DNA of 64,000 nt from Eledone cirrhosa (GCA_964016885.1 OZ024742.1:300886001-300950000); one strand, 5' to 3'; shown: positions 1 to 12,142, numbered from the stretch's first letter. Numbers and translations: made by a program. The notes: generated from the sequence alone by a model not told the origin.

Positions 1-174
1 AAAAAGCGCAGCTCCCTAATTCATAGTCTACAAATGGCTGCGATAGCTGGCACCTTCAAAATTTGCAAAACATTCTTGCGATTCAAGGGATGACAAATTC
101 TTTTCTTTTACAACCTTGCCACCAGGAAGGTGGCCGGTCAAAAAAATATACTCGAAATTAAGAGAAAGAGATAA
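1..174 (+). mobile_element. 3' end of R4/Dong-clade non-LTR retrotransposon (family 2), cut by window edge
   Basis: Frame 1 reads KKRSSLIHSLQMAAIAGTFKICKTFLRFKG* (stop 91-93), homologous to the C-terminus LVRKLQVQSINGTVKICKTFQK of the RLE ORF at 61367-61843. The 3'UTR recurs at ~10530-10628 and 54730-54832 and ends at (CATA)n. Confidence 0.75.
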
Positions 175-240
175 CATACATACATACATACATACATACA
201 TACATACATACATACATACATACATACATACATACATACA
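175..240. repeat. (CATA)n/(TATG)n microsatellite, tail of element B
   Basis: Pure tandem CATA. Similar arrays at ~644-713, 1322-1406, 10680-10757, 11366-11443, 12066-12142, 59429-59586, 59972-60053, 60669-60750, 61059-61139. Confidence 0.95.
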
Positions 241-599
241 TGATGATGATGGCTGCCCCCTCGTTATCGAGAATATCCATTGCACGATATAACATTATTA
301 ATAATTATTAATTAATTCTATCATGCAATGCCTGTGCATGAATATTTTTTTTAAAGTGAGGAAAGACTGTGCACTGAGCCAATCCCACTCTCTGAGCGAC
401 AGTAGCTATAACCCGAAAAGAAGAAAAGATCAACATCATCAGTAACTACTGAGCCGCAGGTTTTATGTCGGAGGTATCCCAGATTCCTGAGTTGCCTTCT
501 CCTAGAAGAATGCCCTGACAAAGGCTAGGGGTCCTTCACTCCCAGTGGGTTAACCGCGCGATCGGATACCCAGCCCGACTATTTCTATGTCCCCGCGCA
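241..599 (-). mobile_element. Non-autonomous RTE-derived bipartite element, family B (lacking head)
   Basis: Near-identical to 11444-11799 and to both ends of the long RTE (54851-54892 and 58811-59106). Carries the RTE 5'UTR-type motif CTAGGAGAAGGCAACTC on - and a 3' stem-loop CTCG-ATAA-CGAG followed by GGCAGCCATC(ATC)(TATG)n. Confidence 0.8.
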
Positions 600-713
600 T
601 ATATGCACACATGCATATACATATATACATATACATACACATGCATACATACATACATACATACATACATACATACATACATACATACATACATACATAC
701 ATACATACATACA

Positions 714-1321
714 TGGTGGCTGCCAACTCGTTTTCGAGTACGGCCACTACTTTATATCCATGTAGGAGAACCCCTACCGAAGCGCTGAACGAGTGTGACT
801 TTTTAGTCCAGCCAGCGACTTGAAAACTCTGGTACGAACACTACACTTGTGACAATTATTGACACATAGTGCTGGGCCCATTGTACCATGTGAGGACAAG
901 TGCAGAGAGATTTCCAGATATAAAGCAATGCCTGTGCCGTGAAGCTTTTATAGTGAGCAAAGGCACTGCACAAAGCCTGTCCCACTCTCTTAACCAAGAT
1001 GATATTTACCAAAAAGAAGAACAAGTCAACATCATTGGATACCATCAGGGTTGCAGGTGTTATATCAGAGTTTTCCTTCTCCTAGAATTCTGCCTTGACA
1101 AAGGCTAAGGGGTCATCTCTCCCGGTGATTTTGGATGGCCATTGACTCTGAAGAGCTCCTTTGCCCTTTGACAGGTTTTGTTTTTAGTCCTGCAGGATGT
1201 CCAAAGTCACCCTCCTCACCAAGAAACCTTGGTGGGGTTGCCAGTTTAGTCGCCAACGACCCGACCATGAGACAGGTTGTACTGGGATACATGTTACCAA
1301 TAGGACCAACTGGTGACCTGA
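714..1321 (-). mobile_element. Non-autonomous RTE-derived element, family A (~608 bp)
   Basis: Near-identical copies at 10758-11365, 60054-60660 and a partial at 60751-61058. Has the motif CTAGGAGAAGGAAAACTCTGA typical of RTE 5'UTRs, a remnant C2H2 finger (HKCSVRTRVFKSLAGLKSH), and a 3' stem-loop ACTCG-AAAA-CGAGT with a (TATG)n tail. Confidence 0.85.
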
Positions 1322-1710
1322 CATACATACATACATACATACATACATACATACATACATACATACATACATACATACATACATACATACATACATACAT
1401 ACATACACACATATTTATTTATTTAGCTGAAACAACCATTATATTGTTCACGCTCAAACAATAATAAATATAATGTTAGATAATGCAGCGATTTGAAAAA
1501 GAGAAAAAGAAGCACAAAAAAAATGAGATGAGGAAAAAATAGAGGAACTGTTGTCACTTGTGAAAAGAACTAGTGCATAAGTACTAAATTAACAGTGTGT
1601 ATAACTTATTAAGTAAGCCGAATGTTAAAATAAATGAATAAACTAGGTACTACTGTTACTACTACTACTACTACTACTACTGTTGCTGCTGCTACTATTA
1701 TTAATAATCA

Positions 1711-2400
1711 TTTGTACTATAGGCACAAGGCCAGCAATTTGGGGAGAGGGGAAATCGATTAAATTGACCTCAGTGCATTACTGGTGCTTTATTTTATCGA
1801 CTCCGTAAAGATGAAAGGCAAAGTTAACTTCATCGGGATTTGAACTCAGAATGTAAAGAGACGTAACTATGTCGCGAAGCAAGGTATCAGACGTTCTACA
1901 GATTCTGCCAATCCGCCGACATAATGACTATTATTAATAATAATAATTGTTTCTACTTTTGGCACAAGTCCAGCAATTATCCCAATGTATTACTGGTACT
2001 TTATTTTATCGACCCCGTAAGGATGAAAGGCAAAATTAACCTCGGCAGGATTTGAACTCAGATCATATTAATAATTGTTTCTACTATTGGCACAAGGCCA
2101 GAAATTACCCAGTACATTACTGGTACTTTATTTTATCGACCCCGTAAGGATGAAAGGCAAAGTTAACCTCGGCGGGATTTGAACTCAGATCATATTAATA
2201 ATGGTTTCTGATTTAGACACAAGGCCAACAATTTGGGGAAAAGGGAAAGTCAATTTAATCGACCCCAGTACGTTACTGGTACTTTATTTTATCGACCCCG
2301 TAAGGATGAAAGGCAAAGTTAACCTCGGCGGGATTTGAACTCAGAACGTAAAGGGGCGTAATTCTATGCTGCAAAGCATGGCGTCCGACGCTCTAACGAT
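1711..2400 (-). mobile_element. Tandem array of four tRNA-derived SINEs (Deu/Nin-like central domain)
   Basis: The - strand shows B-box GAGTTCAAATCCC followed by TTTGCCTTTCATCCTTACGGGGTCGATAAAATAAAGTACCAG. Four units, some 5'-truncated, separated by AAT-rich spacers. Confidence 0.85.
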
Positions 2401-2810
2401 CAAGAACAAAAACAAAAGATTTAATGATAAGATTAAAACAAAGAAAATCGAGAGAGAGAAACTTCCTAGCACCACTCGTGGGGAAAAAAAACATTGAAAA
2501 GTCACGGTCATCTCAACCACTAAGACAAGTGATTTCTACCAGTTGGTGAGGGCTTGACCAAAGGGGAACGTGTTTGTCTTCAGCTTTTTTAATATTTTCC
2601 ACCACGTAATCTGTTTTATCATGACCACCAGACAAAAAAAAATGTCTATCTTATAGAACTCCAAAGTGAAGTTTCCACCGATCACATTACACGATTAACA
2701 GAGGACTGTAATAGCTTCATGACATTTCAATTGCTAAGAATCCCTTCTCACTCTTCACTTGACTCATGAATGCAGCTCTATCAAAGTGATAAGTTGTGGA
2801 AAGACATATT

Positions 2811-3232
2811 CTCTTCTTCTTCGTCCACTTATCCTGGCATGGTCGTGGGGGCAGAGTCCCCAAACACTCCTTTCAGTGGGTCCTGTCAGAAGCAACCACC
2901 CCAATTGATTCGGTTGGATCCCCATGCAAGACCAGTCAAGCTCATGGATGTTATCCAACCATCTTGCTCGGGGTCTACCCCTGGGTCTCTTGCCAGTTGG
3001 TTTTGCCCGTAAAATCTCTCCAGCAATTTTTTCTCTGAGACATTCTAACCACATGCCCACATATCAGAGCTGTGATCTCTCAATTTGGAGAAGTAACGGC
3101 TCTACCTAGAGTGACTCTTTGATCTCTGAGCTACGCGCTCTATCGAGTAATGATACTCCAAAGACCCTTCGGAGGAACCCCATTTCGGGGTATCCGCGAT
3201 CTTTCGGTCATTACCCAAGATATATGACCATA
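2811..3232 (-). mobile_element. 5'-truncated RTE LINE 3' fragment with (GAA)n tail
   Basis: Translation ILRAKPTGKRPRGRPRARWLDNI matches the RTE C-terminal GxRPRGRPxxRW motif. Related copies at 8868-9105 and 47690-47942. Confidence 0.8.
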
Positions 3233-3559
3233 GTTGTGCATATTACTTAAAATGTAATGCTACTTATGCGTACCATAATGTACTTACAGTTGTGCGTGTA
3301 GGACAAAATAATGTGTATATTGCCTATGTTTGGAGGATATGTTGGTATTACGATAAACAGTTATTTGCGATAAACAGATCCATTAACAACGTAGAGCACA
3401 ACTTAACCGGTAAGTTGCCTTTTCCTTTTTGTATACGCACATCCACCCTACAATACAAAAGCTTGAGGTTGCCTACAAAAAGCGGGTACCTGTATTTTAT
3501 CATATATATATATATGTGTGTGTGTGTGTCAGCAATACCATGCATCGCAAAAACTGTCA

Positions 3560-3750
3560 CATATCAAGCGATGCCTGTGCTTGAGGGCTTTGCACGGGGC
3601 CAATCCTACTCTCTGAACATCGAATGCATTTACCCAAAAAGTAGAACTGGTCTACATCATTGGATGCAAATAAAGTCGCGGGTTTTATATCAGAGCAACC
3701 TTCTCCTAGAGAGATGTCTTAATGAAGACAAGGAGTCTCTCACTCCACAA
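3560..3750 (-). mobile_element. Degraded relative of elements A/B (RTE 5'UTR part)
   Basis: Contains gcgatgcctgtgc, gccaatcctactctctga, ggttttatatcagag and ccttctcctaga in the same order as element B. Confidence 0.55.
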
Positions 3751-3940
3751 AAATAAAATAGATGTGAATCTGTAGCGTATGTATAATTTATTGGAACCAT
3801 CGTTTTACGACTGAATTCCCCGTGCAGTTAGCATATCAAGAACCATCTCTCAATGTTCTTGGTAGGCTAATCAACCCACAGTCTGTCAAAACGGGTAAAT
3901 CAGCCATAGAATGACGATGATGTATGTATATATGCATATG

Positions 3941-4054
<114 letters not shown>

Positions 4055-4339
4055 ATGTCTGTGCGTGTGTGTGTTCACGGGTTCGATTCCTCTGCACTAT
4101 ATCTTGACCAAGAGTCATATACCTTAGTCTGGATAAATGGAAGACGTTTGGAAGTCTGGGTGTGACATGCTCAACCCTATGTAATAGGGTGCTATATTGA
4201 AGCTCGTTAAACATTACTTTAAGTGTATATTTATGAGGCTATAGTCATTCACGTTTGGACGACTACCCTTATTTTTCCTTTCGTTGCAGCATATGCAGAA
4301 AGGAATGTAAGTCCTTGACGGGGCTAAAGAGTTATGTTC

Positions 4340-4403
4340 GTGTCACCCATGTATGAAAAAAGGATCAAGTCAAAGCAATTCTCGAAATCGAGGGGCAGCC
4401 ATC
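4340..4403 (+). mobile_element. Short RTE-type 3' end
   Basis: CTCG-AAAT-CGAG-GGGCAGCCATCA followed by a TATG-like tail, the same terminal signature as A/B but on +. Confidence 0.55.
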
Positions 4404-4427
4404 ATATGTATATGTATATATATATAT

Positions 4428-4615
4428 GAACCAGTAAGACCCCGACAGCTGAGCTCAAGCCGTTTCGACGGCTAATTCTGTCCAGAATTAGCCGTCGAAA
4501 CGGCTTGAGCTCAGCTGTCGGGGTCTTACTGGTTCCTATTACCCACTCTACTACCTCAAGTATTGAGTACTTTGGTGCGTTATAGTCCACCTGGTTCCTT
4601 ACCACATTTCCTTCG

Positions 4616-4617
<2 letters not shown>
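4428..4617 (+). mobile_element. Dispersed (TA)n-embedded element with 53-bp-arm perfect palindrome (probably Penelope pLTR-derived)
   Basis: Arms 4428-4480 and 4483-4535 are perfectly inverted. The tail ttacccactctactac...accacacttccttcgtt recurs at 20790-20990, 44220-44310, 44350-44381, 44425-44577 and 48960-49106. Confidence 0.7.
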
Positions 4618-4672
<55 letters not shown>

Positions 4673-4778
4673 CATATATACACACACACACATATATGTC
4701 ATTTGCTTTGTTATTTCTGTTTGCTTTTTGCATATATATATATATATGTGTGTGTGTGTGTATGTGTGCGTGCGTATA

Positions 4779-4867
<89 letters not shown>

Positions 4868-4879
4868 GTACATACACAT

Positions 4880-4962
4880 ATATTGGGTCATCAAGTATGA
4901 AATGTGTAGAAATTTGTAGAAAAACAACAAATCTCTACAAATTTCATACTTGACGACCAATA
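4880..4962. repeat. Small imperfect palindrome in TA-rich DNA
   Basis: atattgggtcatcaagtatgaaat...atttcatacttgacgaccaatat inverted arms. Confidence 0.6.
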
Positions 4963-5332
4963 TATGTGTGTTCTACAGTGCACGCAAATATGTATATTTA
5001 AATATGCATGGTGCTATGTATATATATTGGTGTGTAAAGTATGTGTGTGTGTGTCGGGGTTATTCAGTACAAAATATTGACCGACTTTGACGTCCTGAAC
5101 CCTCCTACCCCGTCCTATTCGTGGCATTTAGAAATATTGTAAGAATAAATGAGTGGATCATAAATGACAACCTGTCTGTTTGAGTTAGTACACAGACACA
5201 TACACAGAGACATATATATACACATACACACACATACACATATACACACATACACATACATATACACACACACATGTATTTACACACATATACCCCACCA
5301 ATACATATATACATACGTACCTACATATACAC

Positions 5333-5398
<66 letters not shown>

Positions 5399-5529
5399 GC
5401 ATGTATGTTTGTATGTTTTTATGTATGTATGTATGTATGTATGTATGTATGTATGTATGTATGGCGGTGGTGGTGGTGATGGGTAATAAATGATAGGGGA
5501 AGCAGGCGACTGTCAAAAGAAATTATGTA

Positions 5530-5680
5530 AAGAGAATTAGGAACCAAATTATGAAAGTTACTAGAACATCGGATAGAATGCTTTGCTGTATTCTTTCCGG
5601 TTTTTAATGTTCTGAGTTCAAATTCTGCCGAGGTTAACTTTGCCTTTCATCAGCTTGAGATTAATAAATAAAGTACCAGC
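5530..5680 (+). mobile_element. Degraded tRNA/Nin-type SINE
   Basis: ctgagttcaaattctgccgaggttaactttgcctttcatc...aataaagtaccag. Confidence 0.7.
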
Positions 5681-7883
5681 CTTAGGTTAATTTTTCCTCT
5701 ATCTTTTTATTTGCTGTCTCTTGAAAAAATCGGTTATGTTCAAGACTGGAGTGATGATGGATTCCGCCGTGTTTAAATGCGAAAGACACGTCGTATCACC
5801 ACACTGCCTCTACCACTCAATCTGACGTGGTTGTTGTTCCTTAACAGCAAGAATCTCTGAATATTCATTTTGTGTAATGCATGTAGTAACTTCTGAGAAA
5901 AATAATAATTTGATTACTTTTCAAAATGATGCAGGGTAGTAGGTACATTTTATTGTGACGCCAGCACTGAAAAAGTTATAACTTTGACACGACTGAAAAA
6001 TCCTCTTCGACCTTTGCTTGAAATAGTTTCTATGGTTGCATGCTATTTCTTATCTCATGATTTAATGAAGTAAACCGAAACGAATTGCGGAATATTTGCA
6101 AAAAACTAACGATTCTTACAAAGGAAGTTAATGAATTTCATATTTTTACATGGGATTTCAATGGATGAGGAATAGACTGAAAAATATAATTGGAAAGGTA
6201 ATCAACATAAAAACGGATGAATACAATTTCAGAAGGGAAAGAAAGGAGGAAGACAATCCTAAGTCAGCCGATATAATTAAAAATAAAATTGGATTCCTGT
6301 GGAATAACAAAATTTTCCGACGAAAGTTTACTTTTGGGAGCATGCTTAAAAATGCCATCAAAGCTGAAATCTATGAAAAATCGTTAAATTCTACCCTATT
6401 GATCTTACCTAGAAAATTGCAAATCAAAACAATCAACGAGAAATCTGATCAACAAACATTTCCATAAATAAAATAAATATGGAAATTGAATTCTTATGAT
6501 TAGAGCGCCAACCAATGAACAGAAATATAAAGTTATTGGTGAAGAAATGCAAGTGGGAATTTCAAAAAGAGCTGATAGTTCGCTATTAGAAAATATTTAA
6601 AAACTATAGAAACAAGAGTGTAAAAATGAAGAACTGGTATCCTTTCAATGATGAGAAAAGAGTGAAAACTAGTTTTTCAAGTATGAGGAGCAATTTAAGA
6701 AAAATATGATTCAGATAATCTGTTTTCGGAAAAAAACCCACCAGAAACAAAACTTACAGGAAAAATATAAGAAACACTAAGAAACCACACTTATCAAAGA
6801 ACACAGAAATCATATTAATACAAAACGAATCTAACCAACCACAGGTAAAAAGAGAAACATTTTTTCCACAAAGAAATTCTCCGGAAAGGACTGGTCAAAT
6901 TACCATATCTCAAACCTAACCAATATATTGAAAAAATATGTCTAGAAACAATCAAGTGAAAAACAATCATAGTAGAAAAATACTATGTATGAAAGAAATT
7001 CAAAACACGAATCAACAGATGAGAGAGTCGTTTTACACGCTATGTATATCAGAACTACTGATGATTACGAGAAACAAACCCAAGACTCATATTTTAGTAC
7101 AAAGACAAAGATACCAAGACAGTCGTTTCATAGAGACACCACATTTTACACCAAATATAGAGATACCAAGACACGAGATGGAACCCGAAAAAACACGGGT
7201 AATAAACTTATCGATGAAGAAAAAAATAAATCATATTCAAATCGATATTCAATGTAAAGGACCAAAGTTTACATTTACCCGACAAAGATCTAATGTACCA
7301 AAACTTTAAAATGATATCACAGAATTTTGCCGTAAACTAAGAATTACTGAACATTTCTTTGAAAATGATTAAGTTGATGATGGATCAATAGTTCGAAGTA
7401 AACGTAACTTCTTTCCCTCATTCCACCTCAAAGACAGAAATGAAGCACCGGATAAGTTTTATGGTTACTTCAATCCATACTGCATAAAAGAAGAATATAC
7501 AACTAAATTTGCCAAGACTAGAATGATCAACGAACTACAAGGTACTGATATAATTAAAGAAACAGATAAAGGAAATGCAATTATCATAGCTCGTCAAAGA
7601 TAATACTTGTTACGAAAAGGAAAACCAATATAAAAACTCAAATATAATGGGAACACTGAGTATATTATTAAATCTGCATCAAATATGTTTGGCAGATAAA
7701 GAAAAAGATTACTTAATAAATTTCAAATATAAAACTAGCAATTCTTATGGATTACGGAAGGTCCACAGAAATAAACAAATATGTGAAGCAAAGCAAAAAT
7801 CTTAATCGAAATATATTGAATTACCTTCACTACAAGACTTGGAACGGAAACCTATTATCACAGACCTAACGTATGCAGCACAT

Positions 7884-8020
7884 CAGGGAGGTGGAATTGG
7901 GTGGAGGGCAGCCCCTCCCCCCTTCAATAATTATATTTTTCTACCCAAACTACCAAAACACACACCTATTTGTATATGTGCCACAATTTATGTACATATT
8001 ATGTTTATCGCATATCGAAG

Positions 8021-8071
<51 letters not shown>

Positions 8072-8306
8072 GTTATGTAATAAACAACATAAGATAATTA
8101 ATTATCTTATATTGTTTATTACATAACTAATAAGCTCTGTAACCTACATAGAGCACTCTTTTTTCCTGGCCCTTTCCGACGGAATTACTTCACATATATA
8201 TATATATCTTGGTTGGTATTTGATAATAACAGCTAAACTAATCACTACAACTAAATTGACCAAATTTGCCTCTTCCCACAATTCAGAAATGCTTTTACCG
8301 CCCCTG
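7884..8306 (+). mobile_element. MITE-like DNA element (CAGGG..GTGGAA / TT..ACCGCCCCTG ends) inserted in the Penelope remnant
   Basis: Imperfect TIRs. The Penelope reading resumes after it. Internal sequence is shared with 12431-13205. Confidence 0.65.
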
Positions 8307-8867
8307 ACATAGATTAAGCAATTTCTTGGATATTCTGTAAAAACCTTTCCTAAAATATGTACCAAGTTTTGTTCTGGATGACCTAGATATGTTCAATCAT
8401 TTACTAGAAGTAATACACGAAAACAACAGTTATTGCTTCGTTCGACGATTAAAGGCTATTTAATATTGATTCAACACGTACCGATTCGTACTCAACACGT
8501 ACTGTATAGAAACGAATTTCGTCAAATATCGGGACCAGCTTTAGGTACTTAAGTAGCACCAACATACGTAAATCTAGTTATGGGTTACTACGAAAAGAAC
8601 ATTTATGAAAAGTCACTAAAAAATGCGGAGCCAACATTTATTCAAACCTAAAAAATATTGGAAAAAGTTTCTTTATAATTGTTTCAACTCGTGGAACGAA
8701 GCGACAAATAAACTAGAGGAGCTTGAAAAATATTCTAAACACCATAAATATTAACATTCAATTGACGGTGGAATTTAGCAAGGAAGAAACTATCCACCCT
8801 ACTTTTTAATATATATGTTTATAAAGATAATAGATGGACGAATTGAAAGAGATATCTATTATAAACA

Positions 8868-9105
8868 CTTCTTCTTCTTCTTCTTCTTCTTATGAGAGAG
8901 TCATGGGGGCAGAGTCCTCAAAAACTCCTTCCAGTGGATCCTGTCAGAAGCAACCATTTCCAACTGATCCAGCTGAATCCTCAGCTGAGCTCATGGATGT
9001 TATCCAGCCATCTTACTCGGAGTCTACCTCTGGGTCCCCTGCCAGTTGGTTTTGCCCGTAAAATCTCTCTAGCGATTCTTTCCTGCAACATTATAACCAC
9101 ATGCC
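8868..9105 (-). mobile_element. RTE LINE 3' fragment with (GAA)n tail
   Basis: Similar to 2811-3060. Confidence 0.75.
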
Positions 9106-9299
9106 CTTACTTCTATTATAAACCCACAAACTCAAAACAATACTTCTGGGGAAACTAATATATTCAATTCTTTCGAACCCGACAATGCAAGACTGATAGA
9201 ATTACAAAACATCTTATTCCTCTGAAAATTTCCCTCTAATTTAATAAAAAGTGGAATGGAAACTGAAAACTATATACATTCAATATTTATGGATGGTTT

Positions 9300-9458
9300 A
9301 AGGCCTTTTACGATCTGAGTTCAAACCGTGTCGAGGTTAACTTTGCCTTTCATCGTTACGGGGTAGATAAAATAAAGTACCAGTAATACACTGGGGCCAA
9401 TTTAATCGACTTTCCCCTCCCCCAAAATTGTTCGCTATGTGCCTAAAACAGAAACCAA
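9300..9458 (+). mobile_element. tRNA/Nin-type SINE, 5'-truncated
   Basis: B-box and central domain as in 1711-2400. Confidence 0.75.
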
Positions 9459-9699
9459 TATTTATAGCTGGTAAAAAAAATAATAATGAAATAAACCAAA
9501 AGAAAACACACTTCCATTTATATCAACATAGAAACCGAGGAATGTTTAAATTTCTAATCATATTCAAAGGAATCTAGCCATTTTGTATAATGATGAAAAA
9601 ATCTTGGTAAATCAACAATGATGACATTACTGAACAACAAAGAATAAACCAGAAGAAATTACTAATTAATAAAGAAAGGAAGACAAACAAATACTGGGG

Positions 9700-10140
9700 A
9701 TTGTCAGGCCACTTCGTCTTAGCACCAGTCACCGTCGAGACCTTAGGCGTACTTGGATCCAGTGCCGGATTTACCATTGTACTTAGGTGTGCCCCGTTGG
9801 CCAGGGGAGCCCATCTTCCTGCCCCCAAAAATGTTTTACGATGAATTACCTCCTCCGGGGCTCAAGTAAGAGGCCTTATAACTTAACAAGCACAGGACCT
9901 CAATTGTCCTAAATCCGGCACTGCTTGGACCCCGTATTGCCGAGCTCCTCCGCAAGATCGGAACGTCAGCAGCCCGTCTGAGGAAGAAGCCCCGCGAGGT
10001 GGAGTGGTTGTTGCAGCGGGTGCCACTGGCCATTGACCACGGGGTGCAGCCCCAACGCCACCGCACCCTAGGCCTAGAGCCCATCAACCTCTCCCTTCCT
10101 CCTCCTATTCTTCTGTGATCCTAGAGCCCTTGCCTTTCCT
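9700..10140 (+). mobile_element. CRE-clade non-LTR retrotransposon 3' fragment (RLE C-terminus), split by a MITE
   Basis: Joined translation HFVLAPVTVETLGVLG/PRIAELLRKIG...REVEWLLQRVPLAIDHG resembles the CRE C-terminal PxAVETxGxxG...QRxSLAIQRGN motif. Confidence 0.6.
9760..9923. mobile_element. hAT-type MITE
   Basis: Perfect 14-bp TIR CAGTGCCGGATTTA; 8-bp TSD cttggatc/cttggacc. Confidence 0.85.
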
Positions 10141-10499
10141 TTCCTTTTCCATTATTAATTATCACGTAAACTGTGTCACAAATCAGATATATGCATTAAT
10201 AAACATATAATTAACAAATATAAACCGAGCTTAAATATTTAGATGTCATATTCTGCCATCGTAGCAAGTCCCATGACTACTCTAGCGCTCAATTATCAAG
10301 TCAAAGTTTAAATGACATTTATTTACAGTAAAAACTTATGAATAGAGAAACACAGGAAAGCAATTAAAACTTTTACTGTTGACAATAAACGGTGATTAAA
10401 GTAATTAATATCATTATAAACTGTATAATGTTAGGTATACTGTCTGTGGTTGAAAAATGTTCGTCTTTATTATATATATAATCTTACATACATACATAC

Positions 10500-10628
10500 A
10501 AAACATTCTTGCAAAACCTAACAAAATATTATTGTGATTCAAAGGATGACAGTTTCTTTTCTTTTACAACCTTGCCACCAGGAAGGTGGCCGGTCAAAAA
10601 TGTATTCGAAATTAAGAGAAAGAGAAAC
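10500..10628 (+). mobile_element. R4/Dong family 2, short 3' end
   Basis: Matches 67-174; flanked by CATA repeats. Confidence 0.7.
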
Positions 10629-10757
10629 ATACATAGATACATAAATACATACATACATTCATAAATACATACGTACGTACATACATACATACATACATAC
10701 ATACATACATACATACATACATACATACATACATACATACATACATACATACATACA

Positions 10758-11365
10758 TGGTGGCTGCCAACTCGTTTTCGAGTACGGCCACTACTTTATA
10801 TCCATATAGGAGAACCCCTACCGAAGCGCTGAACGAGTGTGACTTTTTAGTCCAGCCAGCGACTTGAAAACTCTGGTACAAACACTACACTTGTGACAAA
10901 TATTGACACATAGTGCTGGGCCCATGGTACCCTGTGACGACAAGTGCAGAGAGATCTCCAGATATAAAGCAATGCCTGTGCCGTGAAGCTTTTATAGTGA
11001 GCAAAGGCACTGCACAAAGCCAGTCCCACTCTCTTAACCAAGATGATATTTACCAAAAAGAAGAACAAGTCAACATCATTGCATACCATCAGAGTTGCAG
11101 GTGTTATATCAGAGTTTTCCTTCTCCTAGAATTCTGCCTTGACAAAGGCTAAAGGGTCATCTCTCCCGGTGATTTTGGATGGCCATTGACTCTTAAGAGC
11201 TCCTTTGCCCTTTGACAGGTCTTGTTTTTAGTCCTGCAGGATGTCCAAAGTCACCCTCCTCACCAAGAAACCTTGGTGGGGTTGCCAGTTTAGTCGCCAA
11301 CGACCCGACCATGGGTCAGGTTGTACTGGGATACATGTTACCAGTAGTACCAACTGGTGACCTGA
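10758..11365 (-). mobile_element. Element A copy
   Basis: Colinear with 714-1321. The finger remnant reads HKCSVCTRVFKSLAGLKSH. (CATA)n on both sides. Confidence 0.85.
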
Positions 11366-11443
11366 CATACATACATACATACATACATACATACATACAT
11401 ACATACATACATACATACATACATACATACATACATACATACA

Positions 11444-12063
11444 TGATGATGGCTGCCCCCGCGTTATCGAGTATGGCCATTGCACGATATACCATCGTTA
11501 ATAATTATTAATTAATTCTATCGTGCAATGCCTGTGCATGAAGATATTTTTTTTAATGAGGAAAGACTGTGCACTGAGCCAATCCCACTCTCTGAGCGAC
11601 AGTAGCTATAACCCGAAAAGAAGAAAATATCAACATCATCGGTAACTACTGAGCCGCAGGTTTTATATTGGAGTTATCCTAGTTTCCTGAGTTGCCTTCT
11701 CCTAGAAGAATGCCCTGACAAAGGCTAGGGGTCCTTCACTCCCAGTGGTTTAACCGCGCGATCGGGTGTCCAACTCGACTATTTCTATGTCCCCGCGCAT
11801 ATACATACACATGCACCCATGTATATACACATATACATATACATACATATGTATATACATATTTACACACTTTTGGATGGCCGTTGACTCTTATGAGTTC
11901 TTCCGCCCTTTGTCATGTTTTGTTTTTTGTCCTGCAGGGTGTCCAAAATCACCCTCCTCACCAAGTAAACTTGGTGGGGTTGCCGGTTTAGTCGCCGACG
12001 ACACGACCATGCGACACGTTGTACTGGGTTACATGTTACCAGTAGCACTCAAGAGTGACCCGA
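11444..12063 (-). mobile_element. Element B, probable full-length copy (head + degenerate microsatellite + 5'UTR + 3' end)
   Basis: 11444-11799 matches 241-599. 11871-12063 is a diverged version of the element A head and ends at the equivalent nucleotide. Confidence 0.75.
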
Positions 12064-12142
12064 CACATACATACATACATACATACATACATACATACAT
12101 ACATACATACATACATACATACATACATACATACATACATAC

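Larger units (their letters stand above)
6030..9690 (+). pseudogene. Heavily degraded Penelope-like element ORF, interrupted by later insertions
   Basis: Fragmented motifs in order: CKGPKF (7250), DITEFCRKLRITEHF (7313), IIKETDKGNAIII (7550), FYGLRKVH (7742), RLSNFLDIL (8310), RQISGPALG..APTYVNLVMGYYE (8520), YYKPTNSKQY (9115). Many stops and frameshifts. Confidence 0.65.

Noticed and set aside
1200-1321. Canonical HDV-like or twister ribozyme in the element A head
   Set aside because: Partial matches exist (GGTCACC/GGTGACT, TCCCAG loop, CTAA), but P2/P1.1 or the twister pseudoknots could not be completed by eye. Kept only as an unassigned structured head.
175-1406. CRISPR-like repeat/spacer appearance of (CATA)n-separated modules
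   Set aside because: The repeats are variable-length microsatellites and the spacers are retroelement copies. There are no cas genes and the context is eukaryotic.
803-1464. Recurrent 79-109 aa ORFs in element A as a conserved small-protein family
   Set aside because: They recur only because the DNA repeat recurs, occur on both strands and depend on microsatellite-derived ends. Only the zinc-finger remnant is interpretable.
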